Part shown: piece by piece, positions 40,234 to 49,747 of the stretch
Numbering within the stretch: the first letter of the stretch is position 1
Layout of the letters: each line of letters starts with the position of its first letter
Source: Blastocatellia bacterium
Lineage (GTDB): Bacteria > Acidobacteriota > Blastocatellia > UBA7656
Direction of reading: 5' to 3'
Length of the DNA stretch: 64,000 nucleotides
NCBI GenBank assembly: GCA_963765495.1
Contig: CAVXWP010000015.1
Coordinates: 96,001 to 160,000 of the forward strand
Made by a program: the position numbers and the translations under genes
The notes under the pieces: model-generated
Database searches by the model: none
What the model saw: only the letters and a program-made list of their open reading frames with translations
What the model was told of the DNA's origin: nothing

Positions 40234-41409
40234 ATGTCCAGGGAACGCAGGCCGCTCAAGGAAGTGAGCGGAAAGCCCTCAGATGTGCGCCCCATGAGTA
40301 AAGCGGCCGAACTCGCCGCCTTGCTCGAAGAACGTAGCGGCCAACGACACGCCATCGTCATGCAGGATTACCCCGATCCTGACGCTATCAGCGCCGCGTG
40401 GGCGCACAAGATGATCGCGGCTCGCTACAACATAGATTGCGACATAATGTATGAAGGCCGCATCTCTCATCAGGAGAACCTTGCCCTTGTGCAATTGACC
40501 GAAATAGAGATGGTCAGGTATAGCGAAGGCGATGATCTGAAACAGTATCAGGGTACGGTATTCGTAGATAATCAGGGCACGACATCGTCCTTGACGGACC
40601 GATTCACCTCAGCCGGGGTGCCTCCTCTTGTGATAGTAGATCATCACGAGCGACAGGACATTATAGATCCCGAGTTTAGCGACATCCGAAAGATTGGCGC
40701 GACCGCGACTATTTACACCGAATATATACGCGAAGGTCTTCTCGAACTAAACAAGAGCGATATGCAGCATGTTCGGCTGGCTACGGCGCTGATGCACGGG
40801 CTCAGAAGCGAGACATCGGGCATGGTGCGCGCCCGCGAGGAAGAGTTTAATGCCGCAAGTTTCCTGACCCGGTATACGGATCATTCGCTGCTTGAAGATA
40901 TCCTGTCGGTCAAGCGCTCGAAGCAGGTGATGAACGTGATACGCCTGGCGCTTGAAAACCGCGAAATTCGCGAAAGCTATTCGATCTCGGGCGCGGGTTA
41001 TCTGCGAGTCGAAGATCGCGATTCGATTCCGCAGGCCGCCGACTTTCTGCTCACCGAAGAGAACATACATACGGCGATTGTTTACGGCATCATCATCAAA
41101 GGCGACCGCGAGATGGTCGTAGGCTCGATGCGCACAAACAAGATCACGCTCAACCCGGATGAGTTTTTGAAAGAGGCTCTGGGCACGACCGAAGCAGGGC
41201 GTTACTACGGCGGCGGACGCCGGGGCGCGGGCGGTTTCGAGATACCCATAGGATTTCTGGCCGGAACTATGGACGAAGAGATGATGCGTATGAAGTGGCG
41301 GCTCTACGATGAGTTGATAAAGAAGAAACTCTTTGCCAAGATCGGCGTGCGAAATCAGCCAAACGTAACTCGCAACGACACCGGCCCCCTTCGCGCTGAA
41401 GAGTCTTGA
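40234..41409 (+). CDS. DHH-family phosphoesterase (NrnA-like)
   Basis: QDYPDPDA, FVDNQG, VDHH and C-terminal GGGRRGAGG motifs; AGGAG RBS before 40234. Confidence 0.85.
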   Translation: MSRERRPLKEVSGKPSDVRPMSKAAELAALLEERSGQRHAIVMQDYPDPDAISAAWAHKMIAARYNIDCDIMYEGRISHQENLALVQLTEIEMVRYSEGDDLKQYQGTVFVDNQGTTSSLTDRFTSAGVPPLVIVDHHERQDIIDPEFSDIRKIGATATIYTEYIREGLLELNKSDMQHVRLATALMHGLRSETSGMVRAREEEFNAASFLTRYTDHSLLEDILSVKRSKQVMNVIRLALENREIRESYSISGAGYLRVEDRDSIPQAADFLLTEENIHTAIVYGIIIKGDREMVVGSMRTNKITLNPDEFLKEALGTTEAGRYYGGGRRGAGGFEIPIGFLAGTMDEEMMRMKWRLYDELIKKKLFAKIGVRNQPNVTRNDTGPLRAEES

Positions 41410-41416
41410 ACCCATC

Positions 41417-41459
41417 GAGAGATGAAGCCCGGCCCCGAAGAGGTCGGGTTTCATCTCTC
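41417..41459. terminator. Strong hairpin between convergent genes (probable bidirectional terminator)
   Basis: GAGAGATGAAGCCCGGCC-loop-GGTCGGGTTTCATCTCTC. Confidence 0.6.
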
Positions 41460-41472
41460 AAACAGCAGGTCA

Positions 41473-41772
41473 TTATCGGTGGCGTCGATGTCGTCTGGTT
41501 TTGTGGCGATAGACCAGATACCCTGCTCCTGCTCCTGCTCCGCCTCCTATCAAAGCGCCCTTTTTCCCGCCGATCAAAGCTCCGCCAACCGCGCCGACAG
41601 CAGTCCCTACGGCAATGTGTTTGACTTTGCTGTGGTGATGTCTGTGGGTAGTGTGGCGATAGTAATGACGACGCTGAGCATACCCTCCCGGTGCGGTCGC
41701 AAAAAGAATCATAACTGCCAGAAGAAGCATCGCTAAAATGTTCCGCTTTCCATCGATTCGTATCATTTTCAT
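41473..41772 (-). CDS. Small exported His/Arg-rich protein with a glycine zipper
   Basis: GAGGAGG RBS, signal peptide, HTTHRHHH and GTAVGAVGGALIGGKKGALIGGGAGAGAG. Confidence 0.75.
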   Translation of the reverse strand: MKMIRIDGKRNILAMLLLAVMILFATAPGGYAQRRHYYRHTTHRHHHSKVKHIAVGTAVGAVGGALIGGKKGALIGGGAGAGAGYLVYRHKTRRHRRHR

Positions 41773-41844
41773 TCCCTCCTCTCAGCAAATCCTCGCTTCA
41801 GGAAATAGCTTACAATAACCGTTCCACAGCCCCTGCGAAGTGAT

Positions 41845-42594
41845 TCAAAGCCTCATCCCCTTCCTCACAATTACGGGCGACCCTTCGGCGAGGAAGGCCG
41901 AACTCGCCCTTGCGCCGAGCGCCGGGGCGAACGCCTCGCCGTATAACTCCGCGACGTTGCAATCAAGCGCCGCTTCGCTTGTTTGCCAGACCATCCACTG
42001 AGGATGCTCTACCTGATATTCGACCGCGCCGCCCCCCGTTTGCGCGGCGTAGCCCCAGTAATGCTCTGTGATAAACTCTTCTTCGGACCCGCACGTGAGC
42101 GGGTGGGAACTGCCCGAAGTCCTGACTCGCAGATGATTCCATCGCCCCCGGTAGCGCCAGCCGTACTCGATTGCGCCGTTTTGTTTGAGCGCGCTGTTTT
42201 GTTTGAGCGCGCCGTTTTCGCTTTCAATGTTATGCCGCATAGGAGTGGCGATATAGTTTTCGTTATAGATCAGCCGCGCCACTGTGGCTATCGCTATTCG
42301 CGGGACGATCTCTTTTATAAAGACCACGCCGCGCCGCCAGCCGTCGGGGGCTTTCCTGCGGACGTAAAAACGCAGGTTGACCTCTTCAAAGTTTCGATGG
42401 AAAGGAATGGCAAGGCCCCGCACTCTGGTCTTCAGAAAAAGAAAACCCACCAGACTTACAAAGGTCTTTCCATTCCAGCTATCGAGTTCCGTGCCCTCCG
42501 GGACATAAGGTATCAAAACGGAAGGCTCGATTTCATAATTCATCATCGCCAGATAGCGCCATTCGGCCGTAAGGAATTTGCCGGGTGTCTGCAT
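41845..42594 (-). CDS. YqjF/DUF2071 family protein
   Basis: FLTAEWR, FEEVNLRFYV, FITEHYWGY, YQVEHP.W and SAFLAEGS motifs. Confidence 0.85.
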   Translation of the reverse strand: MQTPGKFLTAEWRYLAMMNYEIEPSVLIPYVPEGTELDSWNGKTFVSLVGFLFLKTRVRGLAIPFHRNFEEVNLRFYVRRKAPDGWRRGVVFIKEIVPRIAIATVARLIYNENYIATPMRHNIESENGALKQNSALKQNGAIEYGWRYRGRWNHLRVRTSGSSHPLTCGSEEEFITEHYWGYAAQTGGGAVEYQVEHPQWMVWQTSEAALDCNVAELYGEAFAPALGARASSAFLAEGSPVIVRKGMRL

Positions 42595-42618
42595 AGTTTT
42601 GATTAGAGGCGAACCGTC

Positions 42619-42930
42619 TTAGAATTTCATCCTGCCCGTGATGACATTTTTGAACATAACCCAGTCAGCCGCCAGACTATAAAACGGATATGTAAAGGTC
42701 GCGGGCCGATTCTTCTCAAAAAAGAAATGGCCCGACCACGCAAATCCGTACCCGATGAAGGGGAGAGCCGCAAACGCCCGCCAGTTCATAGTGACGATTG
42801 CGTAAACCAGTACGATCAGCGTCAGCGCGCTTCCTAAAACGTGCAGGCGGCGACAGACCGGATTGCTGTGCTCCGACAGATAGAAGGGATAGAACTCCGC
42901 AAATGTCTGGTAGCCTTTCTCCTCTTTCAT
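42619..42930 (-). CDS. DUF962/Mpo1-like membrane protein
   Basis: FAEFYPFYLSEHS..CRRLH..G and GYGFAW.GHFFFEKNRPATF.YP motifs. Confidence 0.9.
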   Translation of the reverse strand: MKEEKGYQTFAEFYPFYLSEHSNPVCRRLHVLGSALTLIVLVYAIVTMNWRAFAALPFIGYGFAWSGHFFFEKNRPATFTYPFYSLAADWVMFKNVITGRMKF

Positions 42931-43091
42931 CTCAAGCCCCGGAGCAACCCTGCTTTTGATTATTGCCTTCACGATTGCATGTTGGCGTTTCAGAACCCAA
43001 ATGTCAAAACAGATGAGCAACTGGCTTGATGGGCGGCGGTCAGGTAAAATTCTTTGGCAATTCAGTGAAAGTCATCTGGAGGAGATAAAGC

Positions 43092-43331
43092 ATGAGTGAT
43101 AACTCAGAAATAATTTGTAACAACAACGGCCCGCTTCGCGTGACCGGCGACAACATAATCATCAAGGACGCAGCCGGCAATACATTTGGCCTGGCAGGCC
43201 GCAAGGTGATTTCGCTCTGCCGCTGCGGCCAATCCAACAACAAGCCTTTCTGCGACGGCAGTCACAACCATCACGGGTTTCAATCGGTAGTCGAGGCGAG
43301 AGACTTGCCGCCGCCAAAACCAAAAGCGTAA
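43092..43331 (+). CDS. CDGSH iron-sulfur domain protein
   Basis: NGPL.V.G and LCRCGQSNNKPFCDGSH; GGAGGAG RBS. Confidence 0.93.
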   Translation: MSDNSEIICNNNGPLRVTGDNIIIKDAAGNTFGLAGRKVISLCRCGQSNNKPFCDGSHNHHGFQSVVEARDLPPPKPKA

Positions 43332-43500
43332 GCAGTAGGCAGTAGGCAGTAGGCAGTTATTTTGAGGCTGGCATGAATCTGATCCGCGTAAATCCGCCTG
43401 ATCCGCGTCCGTCCGTGGTCTATTAGTACTGTCAAAATCATGCCGTTTGAATTATAGCGATAAGTGGACTTACAAAACTGCCTACTGCCTACTGCTTACT
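43326..43500. repeat. GCAGTAG heptamer-armed inverted element containing a nested 9-mer-type element
   Basis: TAA GCAGTAG GCAGTAG GCAGTAG GCAGT ... ACTGCCT ACTGCCT ACTGCTT ACT. The inner part 43373-43424 is the reverse complement of 14465-14515. Confidence 0.88.
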
Positions 43501-43522
43501 TTATTAACGACAAGAGAGAAAG

Positions 43523-44887
43523 ATGAAAACTATCAGAATAGCGAATGGGCAAGGGTTCTGGGGCGATTCGCTCCAGGCTCCAATCGAGCAGGTCCGGCGA
43601 GGTCCTGTTGATTATTTGACGCTCGATTATCTGGCTGAGATCACGATGTCTATCATGCAGAAACAGCGCGCCCGCGACCCGCGCTCGGGATATGCGCGCG
43701 ACTTCGTTGCGATGATAGAAGAGATACTCGCAGACCTCGTGGAGCGCAATATAAAGGTCGTGGCCAATGCCGGAGGCGTGAACCCCGAAGCGTGCCGCGA
43801 TGCGGTGATAGAGGTTGCGCGCCGGGCGGGTTTCGGCGGCAAAGTCAAAATCGGCATAGTCGCAGGCGACGATATAATGCACAGGCTCGAAGATTACATC
43901 GGGCGCGGCGTCGAGTTGAAAAACATGGAGACGGGCGAGCCGCTTTCCGCGATCCTCTCACAGGTGCAAAGCGCCAACGTCTATTTCGGCGGTCGCCCCG
44001 TTGCCGAATGTCTGGGCCGAGGCGGGCAGATCGTCATCGCCGGTCGCGTGACCGACACGGGGCTTGCGCTCGGTCCCATGATCCACGAATTCGGCTGGTC
44101 GGCAGATGACTGGGACCGACTGGCCGCGGGAACAATCGCGGGCCATTCGGTCGAATGCGGCGCGCAATGTACGGGCGGCAACTGCATGATTGATTGGAGA
44201 ACCATCCCAAATATGGCCGATATAGGCTATCCCGTGATCGAAGCTCACCCGGACGGCACATTCGTCATAACCAAACACGAAGGCACGGGCGGGCGCATCA
44301 CGGTCCCTTCCATCAAGGAGCAACTCGTTTACGAGATGGGCGACCCGCGAGAATACATCACGCCCGATTGCATAGCCGATTTCACATCCATTCATCTTGA
44401 ACAGGAGGGCGCTGATCGCGTCAGATTTTCAGGCATAAAGGGGAGACCCGCGACCGATTTTTATAAAGTCTCTATCAGCTACAGCGCCGGGTGGAAAGCC
44501 GCGGGCTCGCTCATCTACGCGTGGCCCGATGCGTATGAGAAGGCGCAGGCGGCGGATCGTATTTTTAGAGAAAGACTTGACCGGCTCGGCCTGAAATTCG
44601 ACCAGGTGCTTACGGAATACGTAGGCGTGAATGCCTGTCACGGCGCGCTTGCGGGTGAGCCTGCGCCCGATATGGCCGAAGTAATGTGGCGAATCGGCGT
44701 GCGCGGAAGCGACCGCTCGGCGGTCGAGCGATTCACCAGAGAGATAGCGCCGCTTGTTTTGAACGGCCCGCCGACCGTGACCGGATTTGCGAGCGGACGA
44801 CCGAAGACCGAAGAGATAATTGCTTACTGGCCCGCGCTCATTCCCAAGAGCGAAGCTGCGCCGGAGATTTCTGTAATCGAGGCTTGA
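43523..44887 (+). CDS. atuA: AtuA/DUF1446 family protein (N-terminal part)
   Basis: [63 protein letters not shown] motifs. Confidence 0.85.
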   Translation: MKTIRIANGQGFWGDSLQAPIEQVRRGPVDYLTLDYLAEITMSIMQKQRARDPRSGYARDFVAMIEEILADLVERNIKVVANAGGVNPEACRDAVIEVARRAGFGGKVKIGIVAGDDIMHRLEDYIGRGVELKNMETGEPLSAILSQVQSANVYFGGRPVAECLGRGGQIVIAGRVTDTGLALGPMIHEFGWSADDWDRLAAGTIAGHSVECGAQCTGGNCMIDWRTIPNMADIGYPVIEAHPDGTFVITKHEGTGGRITVPSIKEQLVYEMGDPREYITPDCIADFTSIHLEQEGADRVRFSGIKGRPATDFYKVSISYSAGWKAAGSLIYAWPDAYEKAQAADRIFRERLDRLGLKFDQVLTEYVGVNACHGALAGEPAPDMAEVMWRIGVRGSDRSAVERFTREIAPLVLNGPPTVTGFASGRPKTEEIIAYWPALIPKSEAAPEISVIEA

Positions 44888-45240
44888 TGACAATGGCAAA
44901 GATCAAATTAATAAAACTGGCTCACGCCCGCTCGGGCGACAAGGGCGATACGGCAAATGTCGGCGTGATAGCGTTCAAGCCCGACTACTACCCCGTTCTG
45001 GTCGAACAGGTGACGGCCGAGCGCGTGAAGGAACACTTCCGAGGCACCTGTCTGGGCGCGGTCGAGCGGTTCGAACTGCCAAACCTCGGCGCGTTGAATT
45101 TCCTCCTGCACGAAAGCCTTGACGGCGGGGGCACGCTTTCGCTCAAGACCGACGCGCAAGGCAAAACATACAGCTCGGCTCTGCTCCGCATGGAAGTTGA
45201 AGTGGGCGACGAACTCGCGCGCGAGCTTGAACAAGGCTGA
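44887..45240 (+). CDS. AtuA C-terminal-domain-like small protein
   Basis: LAHARSGDKGD.ANVGVI, VERFELPNLGALNF and LDGGGT.SL..D.QGK motifs; TGATG overlap with atuA. Confidence 0.85.
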   Translation: MTMAKIKLIKLAHARSGDKGDTANVGVIAFKPDYYPVLVEQVTAERVKEHFRGTCLGAVERFELPNLGALNFLLHESLDGGGTLSLKTDAQGKTYSSALLRMEVEVGDELARELEQG

Positions 45241-45350
45241 TTGGCACCCCGGGGTTAGCAAGAATCAAAGCAGGGGCCCAGGCTAGAGCGCGGAAAACCT
45301 GAACCGTTCCTGCTGCCGGTTTGATTTTATACGGGGAAGGAAGAAAGCCA

Positions 45351-45623
45351 ATGGATTGGCGCGTGCTGCTGACCACGTTTGGAGTGATTTTTCTGGCCGA
45401 GATGGGCGACAAGACCCAGCTTGCGGCGATGACTATGGCGGCGCAGACCGGGCGGCCCTGGGCCGTTTTGATGGGAGCCTCGCTTGCCCTTGTATGTGTG
45501 TCGGCGCTCGGAGTTCTGGTCGGCAGCCTGCTTGGAGAGTATCTGCCTCTGGTCTGGATCAAGCGCGCCGCCGCCGTGGCCTTTATCATCATCGGAGTGC
45601 TGATACTGATCGGCAAGTTTTGA
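45351..45623 (+). CDS. TMEM165/GDT1 (UPF0016) single-repeat membrane protein
   Basis: FLAEMGDKTQLA signature; three TM segments, 90 aa. Confidence 0.9.
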   Translation: MDWRVLLTTFGVIFLAEMGDKTQLAAMTMAAQTGRPWAVLMGASLALVCVSALGVLVGSLLGEYLPLVWIKRAAAVAFIIIGVLILIGKF

Positions 45624-45660
45624 CTCGCGACATGGATTACAGGAAGGGTTATATAAACCT

Positions 45661-46428
45661 ATGACCGAATACAAGAAAATACTCTACGAGGTAAGAGAGT
45701 CCACTGCTCGCATCACGCTCAACCGGCCCGAAAAGCGTAACGCGCTCGATGACGAGATAATCGGCGAAGTGAAAGACGCGCTCGAAACCTGTGCGCTTGA
45801 TGCGAGCGTGCGAGTGGTAATCCTGACGGGCGCGGGCAAGGATTTTTGTTCGGGTGCGGACCTTGCCGCGCTTCGCCGCATCAGCGAGGCTACGGTTATG
45901 GAAAACGTGGCCGATGCTCACAACTTCGCCGAGTTATTTATTGCCATGCGGCGTCATCCGCGACCGATCATCGCGGTGGTTCGCGGGCGGGCGCTCGCGG
46001 GCGGGTGCGGGCTGGCCACAGCCGCAGACATCATACTGGCTGCCGAGTCGGCGCAGTTCGGATACCCGGAGGTCAACATAGGATTTATCCCCGCTATGGT
46101 GATGGCGATATTGCGGCGTTCGGTCTCAGAGAAGCGGGCGTTTGAATTGATAACCAGAGGCGAGATAATCGGCGCGCGCGCGGCGAGAGAAGCGGGGATG
46201 ATAAACCAGGTTTTTGCCGATCAGACGTTTGATGAATCGGTCGAATCCTACATTGCCGAGATGGCTAAGAAGTCGGCATCTGCGGTGAGTCTGGCAAAGA
46301 GCCTGCTCTATCATATGGATGCGATGAGTTTCGAAGCAGCCCTGGAATCGGGCGTACAGATGAATGCGATAACGCGGATGACCGAGGACTGCAAGCGTGG
46401 CGTCGAGCGATTCCTGAATAAATCTTAG
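45661..46428 (+). CDS. Enoyl-CoA hydratase/isomerase (methylglutaconyl-CoA hydratase-like)
   Basis: ITLNRPEKRNAL, FCSGADL, GRALAGGCGL and FGYPEV.IG motifs. Confidence 0.9.
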   Translation: MTEYKKILYEVRESTARITLNRPEKRNALDDEIIGEVKDALETCALDASVRVVILTGAGKDFCSGADLAALRRISEATVMENVADAHNFAELFIAMRRHPRPIIAVVRGRALAGGCGLATAADIILAAESAQFGYPEVNIGFIPAMVMAILRRSVSEKRAFELITRGEIIGARAAREAGMINQVFADQTFDESVESYIAEMAKKSASAVSLAKSLLYHMDAMSFEAALESGVQMNAITRMTEDCKRGVERFLNKS

Positions 46429-46449
46429 ATCTCAAATCTCAAATCTTCA
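46420..46449. repeat. ARATCTY heptamer x4 containing the stop codons of both convergent genes
   Basis: AAATCTT AGATCTC AAATCTC AAATCTT CA; TAG at 46426-46428 and minus-strand TGA at 46447-46449. Confidence 0.7.
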
Positions 46450-47391
46450 GACGGGCGGGTACTTTCGCTTGAAATACGGGCGCAGGTCGCGGGTGGGCGC
46501 GGGCTCTTCTTTATTCTCGCCCGCGTCGTCCACGCGGCGGAAATTATAACGAATCAATGCGCGTACGCTCACTGCTTGGCCCTCGCGTGTAGCGGGTTTG
46601 AATTCCAGGCTTCGTATCGCGCGCGCTGCCGCTTCATCGAGCCCGAATCCCGCCCAGCGTGTGATCTCGATTTTGCCTACCCGCCCGTCGTAACGAAACA
46701 CGGCCAGCGCTTCCACGGTGGCGCTGACGTTTGCCTGCCCGGCCTCGTCGGTGTATTCGGGCTTTACGCGATTTGAAAACTCAGGCGGGGTGAATCCGGT
46801 TGATCGAGGCGAGTCCTCATCCGGCATCTCTTCGATTCGTTCATCGTTCGACGCTTCGGGCAGGGCCTCCTGGGTGAGGCGAAACTCTGTCATTCGATCA
46901 ACGTAATTGCCTGCCCGGGAGGTTAAAATTTCTATCGCCTGGCGCGTAGCCTCTTCTTTAGTCTTCGCCTTTTGATTTATGAAATCGAAAGCGGCAAGCT
47001 TTCCGTTTCGGCCGTCAACGATCATAACGGCGATGAGAGCTTCCTCGTGAGATTCGTTTTTGCGCAGGGTGCGAGTGAGAACTTCGGATTTACCCGTGAT
47101 GAAAAAATCGCAGCCAATCGCAGCGCCAATCCTTCGCGCTTCATCAGTTGTCAGGTTGAGCGATCCATCGTAACCCAAAGCGGCAATCGCAGGCCCGCTC
47201 ATCGCTTGATCGACGAGCGTTACACGCCCGTCTCGCGCAAGCCCGCCTGTGAGCGCGTGTAGCGATTCGCCTTGCGCAAAACCGATAACGGCGACTCTGA
47301 AGCGGGGTTGATGATCATCAGTAGTTGATCCTTGCGCGGTCAAAGCGATGATCCAAAACAAAAACACGACGCTGGCTGAAAGGCGAATCAT
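46447..47391 (-). CDS. Exported protein with a C-terminal TonB domain
   Basis: Signal peptide, CsgG/TolB-N-like first domain, and KPEYTDEA...G.GLDEAAARAI....FKPATREG..V. Confidence 0.8.
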   Translation of the reverse strand: MIRLSASVVFLFWIIALTAQGSTTDDHQPRFRVAVIGFAQGESLHALTGGLARDGRVTLVDQAMSGPAIAALGYDGSLNLTTDEARRIGAAIGCDFFITGKSEVLTRTLRKNESHEEALIAVMIVDGRNGKLAAFDFINQKAKTKEEATRQAIEILTSRAGNYVDRMTEFRLTQEALPEASNDERIEEMPDEDSPRSTGFTPPEFSNRVKPEYTDEAGQANVSATVEALAVFRYDGRVGKIEITRWAGFGLDEAAARAIRSLEFKPATREGQAVSVRALIRYNFRRVDDAGENKEEPAPTRDLRPYFKRKYPPV

Positions 47392-47413
47392 CTCTTCTCT
47401 TCTTTCGCTTCGC

Positions 47414-48931
47414 TCAGGCGATCTTTCTCAACCCCCAGCGGTAAAGCACCTTCATCAACGTCTTGAAACGACCGAACCAGAGATCGGTATAAGGGAACCA
47501 CCACCAGTCGCTCTTCAAAGGCAGCATGTCCCAGTTTATATGCTTCATGCGCACGAACTCGAACAGACCGGCCCGCCCGTGCGTCACCCCCATGCCGCTG
47601 TCTTTGATGCCAAACCACGGAGTCTGCGCCGCGCCGTGCGTGTAGAGCGCGTCGTTGATTACGACCGTGCCTGCCTCTATCCTTCGAGCGATGCGGCGTC
47701 CCCGGTCGTTGTCTGCGGTCCAGACCGATGCAAGCAGCCCGTAGCGAGAGTTGTTTGCCTCGCGTATTGCTTCCTCTTCGTCCTTGACGATCATAATCGG
47801 AAGCACGGGGCCGAACGTCTCTTCACGCATCACCTTCATAGAATTGTTCACATCCACAAGCACCGTAGGCTCGAAGAAATAGCCTTCCGAGCCTTCGCGT
47901 TTGTGCCCGCCCGCAAGCACTCGCGCGCCACAGGCCACGGCGTCGGCTACGTGATCCGAGACCACATTCAACTGGTTCTCGTTTGCAAGCGGGCCGATGT
48001 CGGTGCTGCACCCCGAGGGCGCGCCGACCCTGAGTTTGCCCACCTCTTCGACAACAGCCGAAATGAATCTTTCCGCTATCGGCTCGACTACATATAACCG
48101 CTCGACCGAGGCGCACACCTGCCCGCAATTGGCGAACGCGCCCCAGACCGCGCCCTTCACCGTGCGCTCAAACGGCGCATCTTCGCAGACTATCATAGGG
48201 TCTTTGCCGCCGAGTTCGAGCACTACCGGCAGGAGCCGCTTCACGGCCGCTTCGGCTATACGCTTTCCGGTGCGAACCGAGCCGGTGAAGAAAATCTTGT
48301 CAACCGAGGATTCGACAAGAGCCGCCCCTGTAGACCCGTCGCCCTGAACTACTTGAAATACGCCTTCGGGAAAACCGGCCGAGGCAAACAATCTGCCGAT
48401 TGCATCGGAGACAAGAGGCGTGAATTCGGATGGTTTCAGCACTACGGTGTTTCCGGCCATCAGCGCCATCACGATTTCGCCCGTAGGGATCGCGAATGGA
48501 AAATTCCACGGACTGATGATCCCAACCACTCCTATGGGTTCGTATGTGATCATAGACCGCTTGTTGCGAAAGACGGCGAGCGAAAACCGCTCGTCGCGGA
48601 GTATCTTCTCGGTCTTCGCGGCATAATAGCTCATCAAATCGGTGACTGGAAAAACTTCGGTTGAGAGCGCCTCAAACGGCGGTTTGCCTGTTTCGTCCGA
48701 GATGATATTGATCAATTCGTTTTGCCGGTCATAGAGCGCGTGACGCAGCTTCAATATGTAGCGGGCTCGATTTCTGTACGCGAGCGCGCCCCAGTCGGGC
48801 TGCGCAGCCCGCGCTCGCGCGACCGCCGCGTCCACCTCGGCGGCCGATGTTATGGGGAAGCGCCCCAGTTCTTCGAGCGTGGCCGGGTTGACCGAGATTA
48901 CTTCAGAGTTGATCGTTACGGCTGCGGTCAT
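47414..48931 (-). CDS. Aldehyde dehydrogenase family protein
   Basis: ISPWNFP, LKPSE, FTGS, LELGGKDP, GQVC and EETFGP motifs. Confidence 0.95.
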   Translation of the reverse strand: MTAAVTINSEVISVNPATLEELGRFPITSAAEVDAAVARARAAQPDWGALAYRNRARYILKLRHALYDRQNELINIISDETGKPPFEALSTEVFPVTDLMSYYAAKTEKILRDERFSLAVFRNKRSMITYEPIGVVGIISPWNFPFAIPTGEIVMALMAGNTVVLKPSEFTPLVSDAIGRLFASAGFPEGVFQVVQGDGSTGAALVESSVDKIFFTGSVRTGKRIAEAAVKRLLPVVLELGGKDPMIVCEDAPFERTVKGAVWGAFANCGQVCASVERLYVVEPIAERFISAVVEEVGKLRVGAPSGCSTDIGPLANENQLNVVSDHVADAVACGARVLAGGHKREGSEGYFFEPTVLVDVNNSMKVMREETFGPVLPIMIVKDEEEAIREANNSRYGLLASVWTADNDRGRRIARRIEAGTVVINDALYTHGAAQTPWFGIKDSGMGVTHGRAGLFEFVRMKHINWDMLPLKSDWWWFPYTDLWFGRFKTLMKVLYRWGLRKIA

Positions 48932-48976
48932 AAGCTCCTCCTTTTATACCTGAGCTTTATATCTGAAGTTGGGGTC

Positions 48977-49618
48977 TTACTCAGGATTCAAAACATCAAA
49001 CAGATCGCCGATTGAATCGAGCGCGAGATCAGGCGATTCGGCAAGCAATCGCTCACGGCTCGCCCCGCTCCACAGGGCGGCGGCCGTGCTTGTGCCTGCC
49101 GCGCGGCCCATCATTATATCAGCCGGACTGTCTCCGATTACCAGCGTTCGCTCGCTCGTCGAATCAAGCTTTTTCATCGCCCGCAAAACGCCGTCGGGTT
49201 CAGGCTTTGGGCGCTCTACATCGTCGCCCCAGACCGTAGTCGCTATAAGCCCTCGCAGACCCGTCAGGTCGAGTTCGATCTCTCCGGCTCGTCGCGGCTT
49301 GAGCGACACGACCGCTACCTGCGCGCCCCGGTCCCGGAGTCGTGTGAGTGCCTCTCTCACGCCCGCGTACGGAATCAGGTAGTGATGATGATTGGCGTAA
49401 TAAAATTCTTCAAAGCTTTCGAGCATCTCGTGGAGCATCTCTTCGCTATAACGCCTGAGCACTTCCGAGGGAGTCATGTTCCAGAAATCGCGAAAATCCT
49501 CATCTTCAATTTCAAGGCCGGTATGCAGGCGTATCGAATGAGCGAACGCCTCGCGGTAAGCGCGCTCCGAATGCGCCAGCGTACCGTCGAAGTCGAAGAT
49601 GAAGCAATCGAAATACAT
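48977..49618 (-). CDS. HAD-family hydrolase (PpaX/Gph-like)
   Basis: FDFDGTL, KPEP and IGDSPADI motifs. Confidence 0.9.
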   Translation of the reverse strand: MYFDCFIFDFDGTLAHSERAYREAFAHSIRLHTGLEIEDEDFRDFWNMTPSEVLRRYSEEMLHEMLESFEEFYYANHHHYLIPYAGVREALTRLRDRGAQVAVVSLKPRRAGEIELDLTGLRGLIATTVWGDDVERPKPEPDGVLRAMKKLDSTSERTLVIGDSPADIMMGRAAGTSTAAALWSGASRERLLAESPDLALDSIGDLFDVLNPE

Positions 49619-49624
49619 AGAATT

Positions 49625-49745
49625 GGGGGTCAGGGGTCAGGGGCCGGGGGCCGGTTTTTGAGAATCAGTCCTGATGGCTCCGAGTCAACCGGCAACTTTC
49701 TTTATTATGTTCACCGGCCCCCGGCCCCTGACCCCTGACTCCGGC
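49625..49745. repeat. GGGGYCR heptamer-armed inverted element between the accA stop and the HAD start
   Basis: GGGGGTCAGGGGTCAGGGGCCGGGGGCCGG ... CCGGCCCCCGGCCCCTGACCCCTGACTCC; near-perfect ~29-bp stem. Confidence 0.9.
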
Positions 49746-49747
49746 GT

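Noticed and set aside
45241-45350. yybP-ykoY (Mn) riboswitch upstream of the GDT1-family gene
   Set aside because: The conserved GGGGAGUAG-type motif was not seen; an Rfam scan would be needed to exclude it fully.
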